DNA of 64,000 nucleotides, from positions 1 through 64,000 of the forward strand of contig MU053653.1 in NCBI GenBank assembly GCA_013239625.1. The letters run 5' to 3'. The translations under genes and the position numbers were made by a program. The DNA comes from Lama guanicoe. Its lineage: Eukaryota. The notes below the pieces were generated by a model that saw nothing but the letters and a program-made list of their open reading frames with translations, was not told the origin of the DNA and did no database searches. Positions 40,705 through 54,650 of this stretch are shown piece after piece. The first letter of the stretch is position 1. Each line of letters opens with the position of its first letter.

Positions 40705-40850
40705 CCACTCCTGCCCGTAGCTGTCTTCCAAGTCGTTCACGTAGTCCTTTTCCCACTCCACCCGGAGGTTAAGGAGGGCGCTGGGTCGGAAGCCCTCCTG
40801 TGCGTACACGGTGAAGTACACAAGGAAAGCTCCCAGGGCTTGCATGAGGC
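40705..40850 (-). CDS. ATP12A: ATP12A exon 19
   Basis: (G)[48 protein letters not shown]; 146 nt. Confidence 0.92.
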
Positions 40851-41003
40851 CTGGAAGAACGGGAGGGTCGACAAGGACATCAGAACTGCCCTGACCTCAT
40901 TCTCCTTTGCTTCCTCCTCACATCCCCACCCCCCCAACCCACCAGGAAAAGTGAATTCTCGGGTGGCCCCTTGGGTGACAGGCGAGAAGCGCCCTCTGCG
41001 TAC

Positions 41004-41127
41004 CAATGTGCAAGTACGAGTACACGGCCAGGGGCAGGTTCACCAGTCTGTCCTTCTTCTTGTGACGAGGCTTCCTGTTCATGATGTCACTCTCAGCTTT
41101 CTCATAAGCCAGGGCGACGGAGGGGAT
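41004..41127 (-). CDS. ATP12A: ATP12A exon 18
   Basis: [41 protein letters not shown]; 124 nt. Confidence 0.93.
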
Positions 41128-42017
41128 CTAGAGAAGAGAGCCCGAGGCCTGAGCCTGAAACTCCACGCCTGCCCACCCGCTGGGGGCAGGAGGCGCAGCC
41201 GGCAGGGCCACCAGGCCGGGGTGGGGTCACAGTACTGGTCTTCCCAGGGCGGGCAGTGGGGTGCGCCGTGCGCTGAGAACTTAAGAATCTGTCTGCTCTG
41301 TGTGATCCCAGGTGCCACTGGTTCAAAACAGCGCCAGTCACATGCACTTTCCTCTCAGGGAGGCTCTCCCCTGCTGCTCTCTCCCCCTCCCCTGCTGCTG
41401 GTCCTAGTGGTTCTTGCAGGTTCCTCTCAGAGGGCAGAGAGCTTGCATCTCTAACCAGTTCCCAGGTGATGCCTGGAAGACCCACCACAGTGAGGGCCTG
41501 GAAAGTGAGCTGACTGTAGACTGTGGGGTCCTCAACTCCCTTCTAAGATAAAGATGCCTCCAGCCTCCCTGTAGTGCGGTGGTTGCCTGGGTGTTGTAGG
41601 AATGAGAAGGGGGCTCCACTGGCTCCCTGCCGCCCGTGTCAGCCAGACCCTTAAGAACGAATGCACAAAGCATTCTTAAGTGGATTCGCACTAGAGGACG
41701 TTACTGCAGGTCAACGTGAGGCCACACAGTGCGAATGACCACCACTTCTTACTGCACTTAGAGAGGGGCTTCCAGACAGATGATTCCTTAACAAGGGGCA
41801 GTTGTGGGTTATTACTTAGCCGCTGGATCCCCAGTGGCACAGGGCTGTTCTGATGAGAGCTGCATCTTCTTAAAAGAAAAGGGAGGCACATGAGCTGCAA
41901 CTGACCAATGGCATTTTTTTGAAAGGTGAAGAATTCACGCCTTGAAAAGTTCATATGTACAGTGAAGTGGTTTTAATTTCCAAACATTTGACACATCTCT
42001 CTAGCCCTTTGCTTTGA

Positions 42018-42112
42018 AGTGTGGTTGGGGACCAGCAGATCGGTGTCACTTTAGAGCTTGTTAGAAATTCAGAACTTCAGGCCCCCTCACGCTGAGGTTT
42101 GAGAAGCACGAT
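42018..42112 (+). mobile_element. MER5A-like hAT-Charlie fragment
   Basis: agtgtggt...gaccagcag...gagcttgttagaaattcagaa...caggcccc...gtttgagaagcac. Confidence 0.5.
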
Positions 42113-42201
42113 TTAGTCCACCTCTTGCCCCTGAAGGTAAAAACTCTGAGGCTGACACCCCGGGGAAGTTATCAGAGCCTGCTGCCTTTCCTGCTACTTA
42201 C

Positions 42202-42356
42202 TATATCTGTGCCCAGGTCGATGAACAAGATAGTAATGGTGCCAATGGGCAGGGGCAGGCTGGCGATGATGTAGATAAGAAAGGGGCAGAGCTCAGCGAT
42301 GTTCTTGGTCAGGGTGTACGCGATAGTCTTCTTCAGGTTGTCAAAGATCAGGCGGC
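42202..42356 (-). CDS. ATP12A: ATP12A exon 17 (M5-M6)
   Basis: (G)[51 protein letters not shown]; 155 nt. Confidence 0.93.
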
Positions 42357-42379
42357 CTAGGCAGAGACGTTTCTGCTTA

Positions 42380-43177
<798 letters not shown>

Positions 43178-43921
43178 TATCTATGTACTAACAATGAGCT
43201 ATCAGACAGAGAAATCAAGGAAACAATCTCATTAACAACTGCATCAAAAAGAATTAAATGTCTAGGCATAAATCTAACTAACTAAATCTAAGTAATCTAA
43301 ATCTAACTAAAGTACTCAGAAAACTGTAAGACACTGATGAAAGAAACTGAAGGCAACACAACCAGATGGAAAGATAAACCATGTCTGTGGATTGCAAGAA
43401 GTAGTGTTGTTAAAATGACCACACTGCCCAAGGCAGTGTACAGTCAATGCAGTCCCTATCAAAATATCAATGCCATTTTTCACAGAACTAGAAGAAGTAA
43501 TTATAAAACTTGTATGGAATCATAAAAGCCTCCGAGTAGGCAAAATAATCTTAAGGAAGAATAACAAAGCTACAGGATCACACTCCCTGATTTCAAACTA
43601 TTCTACAAAACTACAATAATCAAAACAGTATGGTACTGGCACAAAAACAGACACATAGATCAATGGAACAGAACAGAGAGCCTGGAAATAAACCCACACT
43701 TATATGGGCAATTAATCCACAACAAAGTATCACACTTCACTGTCAGAAAGCCCCTGGGGAGCATGCTGGAGGGTCCCCTGGGGTAGAGGGTCAGCCCTGA
43801 CCAGTGGCGATGTGGGGTGGTGAGGACGGTGCTAGAGCCCTGATGGGGGCCAGGGCCCAGCACAACACTCCCCCGGGACGGGGGCAGACCTGGAAGGTCC
43901 CTGGGTGCTGTGTTCACCCAC

Positions 43922-44072
43922 CTGCCTCTGACAGCCCTCCACGATGATCAGCTTCTGCTGGGGGGACGTCCAGGCAAAGACGGTCTCCGAGTAGTTGGTT
44001 AAGAGCTCATCCAGCTGTGCTGGGCTCATGTCCTTCAGCTCCATGCCGGTCACCACGGCAGCCTTGGCATCC
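43922..44072 (-). CDS. ATP12A: ATP12A exon 15 (identical duplicate copy)
   Basis: Same sequence as 44693-44843 at offset 771. Confidence 0.75.
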
Positions 44073-44692
44073 CTAGAAGGGCCAGGAGGAACTGGGTGAA
44101 GTTCCAAGGTGGAATGTGGCTGAAATGCTGTTCTGGCAGGACATGGGTGGAAGCCTCTTTGATTCTCCCTGGAAGCCAGCGTCCTGACGCCCAATACTCT
44201 AGTGGGATACCAGGGCTTATGAGTAGTGGGATACTGTGGTCTCATTTCAAGACAGCAAACTAAGCCGGACAAATAAGGCCATTTCCTGGTACCCTAACAA
44301 CAGGAAAAAGCCAAGGAGCTGTTTCTTTACAGGAACAGGTGAGCGATGGTACTTCCTGGGGCAATACTTTACTCAACAAGTAAAAGGAAGGTAAAAAAAA
44401 AAAGTACTGGCACAAAAACAGACACATAGATCAATGGAACAGAACAGAGAGCCTGGAAATAAACCCACACTTATATGGGCAATTAATCCACAACAAAGTA
44501 TCACACTTCACTGTCAGAAAGCCCCTGGGGAGCATGCTGGAGGGTCCCCTGGGGTAGAGGGTCAGCCCTGACCAGTGGCGATGTGGGGTGGTGAGGACGG
44601 TGCTAGAGCCCTGATGGGGGCCAGGGCCCAGCACAACACTCCCCCGGGACGGGGGCAGACCTGGAAGGTCCCTGGGTGCTGTGTTCACCCAC

Positions 44693-44843
44693 CTGCCTCT
44701 GACAGCCCTCCACGATGATCAGCTTCTGCTGGGGGGACGTCCAGGCAAAGACGGTCTCCGAGTAGTTGGTTAAGAGCTCATCCAGCTGTGCTGGGCTCAT
44801 GTCCTTCAGCTCCATGCCGGTCACCACGGCAGCCTTGGCATCC
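44693..44843 (-). CDS. ATP12A: ATP12A exon 15 (copy 1 in transcription order)
   Basis: [50 protein letters not shown]; 151 nt. Confidence 0.9.
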
Positions 44844-47101
44844 CTAGAAGGGCCAGGAGGAACTGGGTGAAGTTCCAAGGTGGAATGTGGCTGAAATGCT
44901 GTTCTGGCAGGACATGGGTGGAAGCCTCTTTGATTCTCCCTGGAAGCCAGCGTCCTGACGCCCAATACTCTAGTGGGATACCAGGGCTTATGAGTAGTGG
45001 GATACTGTGGTCTCATTTCAAGACAGCAAACTAAGCCGGACAAATAAGGCCATTTCCTGGTACCCTAACAACAGGAAAAAGCCAAGGAGCTGTTTCTTTA
45101 CAGGAACAGGTGAGCGATGGTACTTCCTGGGGCAATACTTTACTCAACAAGTAAAAGGAAGGTAAAAAAAAAAAAAAAAACTGCCTGCTATGTTTTGGGT
45201 CTTAGAATGCAGCTTACGTCAAAACACACAGGCAACAATTCCTTGTGGTTTATTTCAGATTTATAGGGTCTACTATGCAATGTGCTATGTAGGGAGAAAG
45301 GTTCACTGAGGTCTTCTTTAAGGAAAACTATTGTGTGCTGAGTATAAAAGTAAGATTCTAAAGCCACTGATCACGCAGATCTGATGGTGCTGCCCCTGTG
45401 AAGCCTCTTCTAACAGTTTCCACAGAGCTGCTAGCAGAGCCCGGGACCCCTGACTCGTCTGCAGAGCCAGGTGCAGCCTGCCTCGTCCCCTCTGGCTGCC
45501 CCCGTGGCCCACTGGACTTCTCAGTTCTGAGCCCCCAGTCTGTGCCCGGAGCTCCCAGGTCCTGCTGCCTTTGCCCGGAACGGGACTCGCTCACTCCCTT
45601 CCCTCGGCAAACACCTCACTTTTCAGCCCTCAAATCTTAGTTTGAACGTTCTTAGGTACAAGATACTGCGTGCTTTTTTCTTTACATTTTTAACGTTTTG
45701 AGCTGTTTTTGGGTCTGTTTTTTCCTATAGGTACTAAATATTGGAATTCAAGCACCTGACTCAAAGTACAGATTTTCCTATACTCTGATTTTAAAAAATG
45801 GAACAGTAAGTTAAGAAGGAAAGAGTATTTCCTTTCTCCCCAGAGCTGCAAAAATAGTTTTTCTATGATCACGCAGCTGGAGTTGGTGAAGTGGGAAATG
45901 GAACACATTCACAGAAGCACCCACCCCGCTCTCCTGCGGTGACTGGTATGAAAGGTAGAATCCTACTGCTTCTAAAGCAAAACAAACAGAAGCTCAGAGC
46001 CTGTCTGCGCAGATGAATGCTGCTTTCGCCAAGGACAGGAGCACTCTCAGACTTCAGATACTGTTGTGCCCAGAGGCTGTTTGGCTCTGGGTCTGAACTG
46101 CGCCTGGTTGGCTGTGCTTTATTACCTACAGCTCCGTGTTCCCAAAGGGCATGCATGCTTTTGAGCTAGAGGAGGTCCTCTGCTCTTTCCCCTTCACCCC
46201 CATGCGTGAAAGTCGATAAGGCCAATGAGCTTTATTTTCAAACTGAGACTTTGGAGGCTTTGACTTGTGTGAATGATCAACAGTCCAGGTGCCTGTCCCC
46301 CCACTGCCAGCTCCTCGTCCCCATGTGCCTCCTTCACTGGACTTATCACATCACAATTAGCCTCCATTCTTCTGCACCTCCGGCTAGATGGAAAGTGCCC
46401 CAGGCACGGGGAGAGCGTCTGCTCTGCTCGCTGCTGCAGCTCCAGTGCCTAGGTATGCGGTGGTAGGTTTTCTAGTGACTGGAATGTAGTCGGCACCCAA
46501 CAGTTGTCAGAAGAATTAACACACAAATGAATGGACAGATGACTGGACTAAAGGACCCACACGGTTAAAAGAATTAGGAGAAATAAGGAAAAACTGAGTC
46601 CTTCCTTAGGAAGCTTCCATTCTACTTACAATCCAATAAAAAAGGAAAGAAAAGTGTGCTTCCATAGCTACACACCACGAAGCCAATGGAATAAGCACTC
46701 AGGATGCACACCAGGGGAGTGCATGGAGCACAAGGGCTCTTGGCATTCCCGATCACACAGCTGCATCAGTGACAAGTAATTCCCCATAAAGTTTCTGTTT
46801 CAGCTTTCTCACTCTACATTAGGGCTCATGTTTTCAGATCTGCTTCACTGGGTTGAAATTTCATACAGGAAATGCATAAAGGTAATTTTCACGGGATCAG
46901 TCCAGTGCCTGGCCCATATTAGGCACTCAATAAAATTTTGAGTAATGGATGGATATATAAATTATAGCATAAACCAGCCTAGCACTACCCTGAGGGAAAT
47001 GTTTGGCAAAAAGGGGCTTTGCTTCCAACAGCACCGCTCTTCAGAGGCAACAGGGCCCACGGGTAAGAGCCTGAGCTCTGTCGCGGTGGCTCCGAGCTTA
47101 C

Positions 47102-47238
47102 CGCTGGTTAACTTGCTCCACAGCAATGTTGAGGCGCTTTGCGATGTCTTCCATGGTCTCGCTGTTGGCCGAAATGATCCCCACACTCTTGGCAATAGCT
47201 TTGGCCGTGATTGGATGATCACCCGTAACCATAATGAC
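47102..47238 (-). CDS. ATP12A: ATP12A exon 14 (MVTGD)
   Basis: [45 protein letters not shown]; 137 nt. Confidence 0.93.
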
Positions 47239-47903
47239 CTAAAACACAGTGAGAAAGGCAGGTGGACACTGAGGAAGCCAGCTGACTGGAGTAGGGACCG
47301 GAGTAGGGTCACCTACTCCACCTTGAGCACGATTAGTGACAACTGTGGTCTGCCCTCATGGGCGGTTCTTGATCTCTAGGTCAAAGAAACAAGCTGTCCT
47401 TGAAGGACACACTGGTCCCACTCGATCTGTGCTTGCTCCTGAGCTTCTAACATTTCCTCTCCTGAAAGTAAATGAAGCCCATCCCTTCGACGTAACTTTA
47501 TCGGTGCAAGGGCTGGCGGGCGTCTCCTCGGGCAGATTCATGTTGCTCCGACAGTCTTGGAGTCAACGTGGTGATGGAATTCACATGGATTCTGGAAGCT
47601 GCACCTCAAGATTAAGTAATAAAACCTTTTACCGTCTCTCAAGGTCTAGGTGAGATAGGGCCGCCTCATGGCACAGGGAGACAGCTTTCTCCTCACAGCA
47701 GTTACTCTTGTGGTTTATACCACACAGACACAATCATTTTGCTTTCAGGGGACAGTTACTGGAAGTATAGTAAAAGTAGAAATTAAAAAAGGGGAATTGT
47801 GGTATTTGGTTGAAGACACCTAAATACTCTCTTGGGACAAATGTTCTCAGCAAGGGACACAACGTGAACGGAGGGCTTGCTGGGTCAGGAAGATTAAGTC
47901 CAC

Positions 47904-48078
47904 CTTGATCCCTGCGCTCCGGCATTTGGTGACTGCATCAGGAACCGTGGACCGAGGCGGGTCAATCATGGATAGGAGGCCCACGAAACAGAAGTTGGAG
48001 GTAGGGAAGTTCATCGCGTCTGTATCAAACATTAGGTTTCTGGAAACTCATCTGCTGGCAGGTAGAGATGACAGAAAC
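47904..48078 (-). CDS. ATP12A: ATP12A exon 13 (1-nt deletion, in-frame TAA)
   Basis: (G)[14 protein letters not shown] then frame switch to [26 protein letters not shown]...RSAGIK; 175 nt where phases require 176. Confidence 0.92.
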
Positions 48079-49775
48079 CTGAAGCAGGTATGAATTGGGG
48101 AGTCAATGAAACTAGGATAAGAGATGACAAAAGAAAGAAAACACATTTTCATACACTCTCAGGCCTTTATATTGAACCAATACTTTGGTGTTTACCAGGA
48201 TTATTTAATTCCTTCAGTTCCATAACACACGTTGTTTCTTGGAAAGACATACTTCATCCAAAAATACTTTACTGTGTGCCACTGGGGTCTCTGTTGTGTT
48301 CTGGAGGTAGACCAAGAGCGAACAGCTTTTACTTCTGCAGACGTCCCACTTCAGTGGGGAGACAGAGAGATGAGAACCGGGAAAGCCTTCACCAAGGAGG
48401 TCACATGAGCTGACTCTTGAGAAAGGAGTCAGACATTTTCCAGGGGAAGAAGGGAGGACCAGGGTGGGAAACGCTTTGGGTTTTGGCAGAGAAAGCAGCG
48501 TGTGCTCCTGCACAAACTAGGGAAAGAACCTGGGGCGTCAGGGGAACACTGTGACGTTCCTCCCGGAGAGGCGGGGAGAACCGCTGGACACTCAGAGGGC
48601 ATCTGCCTCTCGCAGGTCAAGGGAGGAGGGATTCCTTTAGAATCCCTTAGTCGGGTGCGACACCCAAGGTTGCGTTACTTTCTCAACCGCTTTTACATCA
48701 AATTTATTCTCAGCGTGGCACTCTGCTTTACACATTTCACGTTTCAGCAAAACACAGGCTTTGGGAGGTCAACTGACCGTGGGGTTCCTAGAGCATCTGG
48801 TCAGAAGGGTCGCGGCCCCGCCTTGAAAAGGTCGCCTGGTGCTGTGGGTTATTTAAGGCTTGCGTCCAGCTTCATCACCTCATTTATGCATTTTACTTGC
48901 TTTACAAACTCAAATATCCCTTAGAAACACACATTCCACAGATTCCATCTCTACTGGCAAGAACTGTCATGATGTTTAATGAGCCTTGCCATCAACTCTG
49001 AACTCCTGGCACCTTGAGTTCTGCAGCTCAGAGGTGCCATTCTGTCAATCCTGGTCCTCATGACAGCGTATCTCATGACACCACACACAGGTCCTGCCAC
49101 CATGGCTGTGCATCCACGGATCCTCCCACCTTTAACATCCCATCTCAGATACTGGCAGTAATTTTTCCTGATTACTAAGCAGGAAAAGTCAACATTTTTG
49201 AAAACTTACTTTTCCCCTCTAAGTAGTTGCTAAGTCCTACCAGTTCTGCCTCCACAGTCTTATTGGGTCAAATTTCCCCCCTCTTCCACCTGAGGGGGGA
49301 CAGCACCTCCTGCTGAGACCCACACCTCTCCTCTCCCTCCTGCCGCCAAGGACAATCCTCTAGGAAACACTAGCTCCCAAAAAGCCTTTCATGGCTCTGC
49401 ACTGACTGCAGAGCGAAGCCCCAGCCCCTCCCGCTGCAGCCACCCCCGTCACCACCGCCAGCTCCCTTTCCCAGGGTGGCGCCCCCTCACCTAGCCATCC
49501 CAGCCATTTCCACCTCTGTACTTCAGCTACATTGTCCCCCCACCTCCCTTCAAGTGTCGTCACTCAAGGACCAGATTGAAATGTAGCTCCTCCCCTCAAA
49601 CCTCCCCAGATTTTCCTGGTGGGGAAGTGACCCCACCCTCCCTGGTGATATCAGACGGACGGTCTTTCTTGTTTGCTCTCCATGCTCCTTTCTGTGGTTC
49701 GAGTGGATGCCAGTGCTCCTCTGCTACATCACGACCCCAAGGGATAGAGCCTCGGGTAAGGGGTCGGGGGCTCAC

Positions 49776-49968
49776 CCAGCACGCGCTCCCCCAGGCCCCC
49801 CAGCTCCATGTATGCTGTGTGGAAGGCCTCGGCGGTGCTCTGGTCCAGAGGCTGCTCCTGGCCGTGGGCCATGATGGTGCTGCATTTCTCCAGGACCCGC
49901 TCAGGGGCCCCTTTCATCACCAGGAGGAAACGCTTGTCGTCGGGGTCGTCTGTCTCGTGTATGGAGAG
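49776..49968 (-). CDS. ATP12A: ATP12A exon 12 (KGAPE)
   Basis: [29 protein letters not shown]...GGLGERVL; 193 nt. Confidence 0.93.
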
Positions 49969-52762
49969 CTGTGAGGGAGGAGCCGAACGTGTTAAGTACT
50001 GCGTGTCCCTGGCATCGAATGTGATACCGTCTGGACTCGCAACGGCCTGAATCGTAGATGTTTTAATCAGCAACACAATAGCATTAGTGACACCCCTTTC
50101 TCTGCAGGGCTACTTGTCCTCCTGTGTAAGGAGGGGAGCGTTCTCTGCAGGCAAGCTCCTTCTTTCTACCTCGGGCCCCAGTTATGTGCAGAGATCTGGA
50201 CTCCGTCCCGGCCCAGAAGGATGCCCTGAGTTTGAATCCAAACTAAGTGCAGCTTGTTTCTCAAACACAAACTGGCAGCTTTCCTGAGGCCAGATGTGAC
50301 TGTCAGCCTGCGAAGCCGTCTGCCTTGAACAAGCTCTCCTGGGGTGACTGTGGGGCAGGAGGGCTGTGAGCCTGCCTGTCTCACCTGCTACTGTGAGAGC
50401 GGCCTTCAGACCCCACCAGCCCGAGCTCAGGCGCGCTGCGGGCCTCCCTGTCTCCATGTTGGGCCAGCTTTACTGGATGCGGAGAGGGCAGGGGGTGGGG
50501 GGCTCGCATCACAGGCCTCTGGTAAGTAGCAGGCATCACAACTTCACTGTCAATACCCTTTGACCTAACAATTCTGCTTCTGGATTCATCACATAAGACA
50601 GGCAGGAAAAATGTGAAAAAATGCACAGATGATAATAAAGTGGCTAAGTGTCATGTAGCCCTGGCTGCGTACCGGGGGCTCTTCCAAGCCCCTGAAAGGA
50701 ATCTTAGGAGCTTTGAATGTGGGAGAGAACGAGTAAGCTGCAAAGAAAAATTCTACCATTTTGGGGTTATCATTTGGTTCCAAATCAGTAGTTTTTAGAA
50801 TTTTGGATATCAGAGATAAGTACAAAAAAATGTAGAGGGCAAACACAGGCTGCAGCTTTTTTTGTACAGCCAAGTAGAGACAGTAGAAAGCCCACTAATT
50901 AAACAGACTGAAACCCCCATCATTTTCGCAAAGGTAGGGCATGTTGACACTCAAAGTGGGAATGATAAACACATTATTGCGTGTGCCAGTCTGAGCGCTC
51001 AAAAGCTAAATGGACTCGTTTAATTCTCAGAACTATGGCTGTGGGTACCATTATCATTACCTTTTACAAGGGAGGACTCTGAGCTGTGGAGACGTTCAGT
51101 GGCTTGTGCGAGGTCACCACTAACAGGAGGCTGGGCTGGGATTTGAGTTCAAGCCCCCGAGGTCCTGTCCTAACCACGCAGGACAAAAAGGGCAATCTTT
51201 CGAATTCATCTCCACGCAAACCTTTATAAAATATTGTCCTCGTTTTCCAATTTGCCATAAAGCATGGAAGTTATTTTCATGGACCATGTCAGTTTGGGGG
51301 GTTGCTGTTCTAGGGCCAATAAGACACAGACTTTCCACCCTGCTTCCTTTGTTGAACGACCCCTCAGAAGCCTTCCACGGTCAGGACATCGCATCGTCTT
51401 ATTCAGGTGGAGTGTTGCGCGTGTGTGGATACAAAACGGCACTAGCAGGCTCCAGAGGCTCTTTGGCCTCTTCTGCAGGAAGCCCTCTCCTTTCCAGCCC
51501 AGCTCTGCCTCCTTCAACGTTTCGTACGTGAGGCCTCCCAGAACCTGCTTTTCCTCACTTCTCACACGATGAGGAAAGTCTTCTCTGGAGGAGATGGAGC
51601 CGCAGCACGCGTCTGCGTCTTTCCTGACTGGAAGGTCATCTGACCTGGTTCTGAAGAGCACGGACTCCTGGCTCTGGCCCTCCTGGCTGCAGACAGCGCT
51701 GGGCGCCCCCCCCCCCGCTGAGCTGTGCGAAGTGAGGGGCTCAGGACATGTGGGAATTGGCCCATGACACCTACCACTGCTGCTGTCACTTCAGAACCGT
51801 CACTCATTCTGTTTCCACTCTTGTTTTGAACAGAGGTCTGATTTCCTCTGTATCTTACATCATGCATTTTGTTAGTCCTCTGCTTTGCTAACCACAATTC
51901 TTTATGGGTCAATTATCCACAACACAGTTACTTTCCAATCCTAAGTTCTTTCCAAAAAAATGTGTGGGTAGTCACCAGAAACTTGGTCATCCTATTTGCA
52001 TAACTGACTGCTATGCCAAGACCAAGTCACGACACTCCGCTGTCAGCTTTGGAGTCTACGGGGAACCCCACCTGAAGCAGACCCTGGGCTACAGACTGTC
52101 CTGTGTCCTAACATGAGATAAGACGGTCGACTGCCAGCCACCCAGGCATGAGGGGAAACGGGGCCCTGTGCACTGCTGGACGTGGAGCTGGAAAGCTCTT
52201 CACGAAGGGCAAGCCTTGCTCACATGGCCTGAAGCAAACCGCCCTGCCTCTGTGTCGTGGCATGAAAAGCACACACTCAGGAGTCAAACAGACGTGTGAG
52301 ACTGCTCACATCCACGCGTCCTGTCGCCTCTCCCGTCGGCTGGGGTCGCTTCGCCCTCCCGCACAGGCGTCTTGTGAGGGTCCAGGGCCTGGCACAGAGG
52401 CAGGTGTGGCGCTGCTCTCCCCTCTCCCCACCTTTCCCTCGTCCTTCGGGACGAGGTGGCTGTCCCTCACTTGTGCCAAGTCACCCAGCGGGCTGGTGGT
52501 GTGTGCGCATGCTGAGAGTGGGGGTCACACAGGTGGTTCATTCACGGGAACAGCCAGGCCCGGGCAGGATCTGCGCCTTACTTCAACTCCTCCACTTAGG
52601 TCAGGGAAACCTGTTCTGGGTTTGCCAGATGCCCAGACCCTGCCTTCCTGAGGACTAGTTTTGAAGTCAAGTGCTATTCAAAACACAGATTCACCAAAGG
52701 ACACGTACAGGCAGACATGCTGCTCTGGTGTTGATAGCGATTCAGGTGTGAGGAAAACTCAC

Positions 52763-52897
52763 CTGAAATTTGTTGGTTGAGTTGAAAGGGATTTCAGCTA
52801 CTTTGCGGTTTCTTCCTCTAACTTCCATCACATCACCCAAAATCACCTCTGAGAATTTCAGAAGAGCCGACTCTGAGGCGTCTCCAACCACAACTTT
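52763..52897 (-). CDS. ATP12A: ATP12A exon 11
   Basis: [15 protein letters not shown]...[11 protein letters not shown]; 135 nt. Confidence 0.93.
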
Positions 52898-54383
52898 CTG
52901 CGAACCGGAAGGGATAAACACTTTCAGCACACAATCTGGTTCTTGGTGATTATTTTCCAGGACCCAGCATGTAACCCAAGCCTCCTTTCCACCTAGAGAG
53001 AGAGCAATCACACCACAGTCAGTGACTGACTAAGACCACGGTGATGCTGACTGCAGGGTGCTGCCACCTGCTGGCACCAGGGAAGCTCAGAGCTCTCTGA
53101 GAGCTGGAAGTTTTCATGAAAAATGCAGTTATGAACTGTATCTTGAAAGACAGGTGAGTTACCTATAGACAGAGAAGCAGAAGAAAGCCTTCTAGGAACC
53201 AGAATGCCGCGAAGGAAGGCACGCAGTGGGGAAGTTCTGTTGTGAGAGCTGGAGACACAGGTGGATGTGGAGGGTGTGCTGGAGGCCCCTGAAAGGCAGG
53301 CTGAAGGCTACACTTGAGAAGCAGAAAACAGAGAAGCGTGGGCAGTTTCTGAGCAAAGTTAGGTGAAGCAGGTCATCAATGTAGTATTTAAAGAAAGACT
53401 GGGGGAGACAGAAACTGGAATCATGGAGGCCAATTAAGAGGTTTAAGACAATTATTTAGAAACAAGGTACTAGCGATAACAGAAATGTATAATGACAGAT
53501 ATTTTGAAACAAGAATGATAGGACTTGGTGATGCATTAGCTATTTGGAAAGGAGAAAGGTAAAGATGGCTTCAAAATATTTGGGCCTGGGTGACAAGTAA
53601 AATGATTCTGCCATAGAAAAACAGAAAATTTGGGACAAGATATTAATGTGGAGCCAGTCTGGGTACAGGTGGAAGGGCCCAAGTATAATCTGTTGAGAGT
53701 CTAACATTCACACTTCCAGGTGGAAACTCACAGCTATCTGGAGACCCATGGAGTTTGGGTGAGAAATCAGAACTGGAGACAAGGATTTGAAAGTTAGAGA
53801 CAGAGAAGTGACTGGCCAAAAGGAGAATTAGACGGGGCTGATAGAGAAAGAAAAGCAAACAGAAAACATAAGAAAGTAAGAGTCAATGAAGGAAACAGAC
53901 GGTATGTGGAAAAGCCAGGAGAACACAGCCTAGCAACTCACTGAGAGGGACAGAGGCAAGGAGGAGGACGGAGGGGAGGGGAGAGTTTGTGTTTGGAAGT
54001 GCAGCTACACACCAGAGCTCCGAGAGGACGGTGCTCTGAGCCCAGTCCTTCTATTTCCATCCCGTTATGTTTGAACTGCTGAGTGGCACTTGCATAATAA
54101 AGAAACTTTGATTATATCTTCTAGGCTAGTAAAGAAGTTAGGAAAGTAACTTAAAGGCACATTCACTTTCTGGAATGAAACAGAATTTTCAAAAGGCCTA
54201 AATGAACATTCTGAGGACTCTTAGATTTCTCGGAGCAAGTTACAGTGAAAGAAGTTTCCTGCAGGTCTCATGATTAGACTTGCTCTTACAGTTCAGACTT
54301 TACTCAGTTGGAGAGATTAAGTCAAGCACCAAGTCAGAACAGAGAAAGGCTGTGACGGATGACCACACGTGCGGACCCTTCAC

Positions 54384-54493
54384 CTTCATGACGGGGACGC
54401 TCTCCTGGCCGGGTCTGAACTCAGCTCGGTTGCACAGTGTTATTACCTTCGACAAGGAGGCCCAGGTTGCAGAGCTTTGGTCGAAGGCTTGAT
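54384..54493 (-). CDS. ATP12A: ATP12A exon 10
   Basis: [36 protein letters not shown]; 110 nt. Confidence 0.92.
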
Positions 54494-54650
54494 CTGGAAG
54501 CAGAAAGACAGCGATGCCGAGGATGCTGGGCGTGCCAGCCATGAGCAGCACCGCTCAGCCCAGCCAGGCCGCGGACCAGCATGGTCTGTGCGGCTCAGCC
54601 CCTCTGCGAGTCCCCAGCGGGGCGCAGACAGGACGCGCCAGGAAACTCAC

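Larger units (their letters stand above)
43633..45174 (+). repeat. Identical 771-bp tandem duplication containing ATP12A exon 15
   Basis: 43633-44403 = 44404-45174; junction falls in a poly-A run. Confidence 0.95.
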
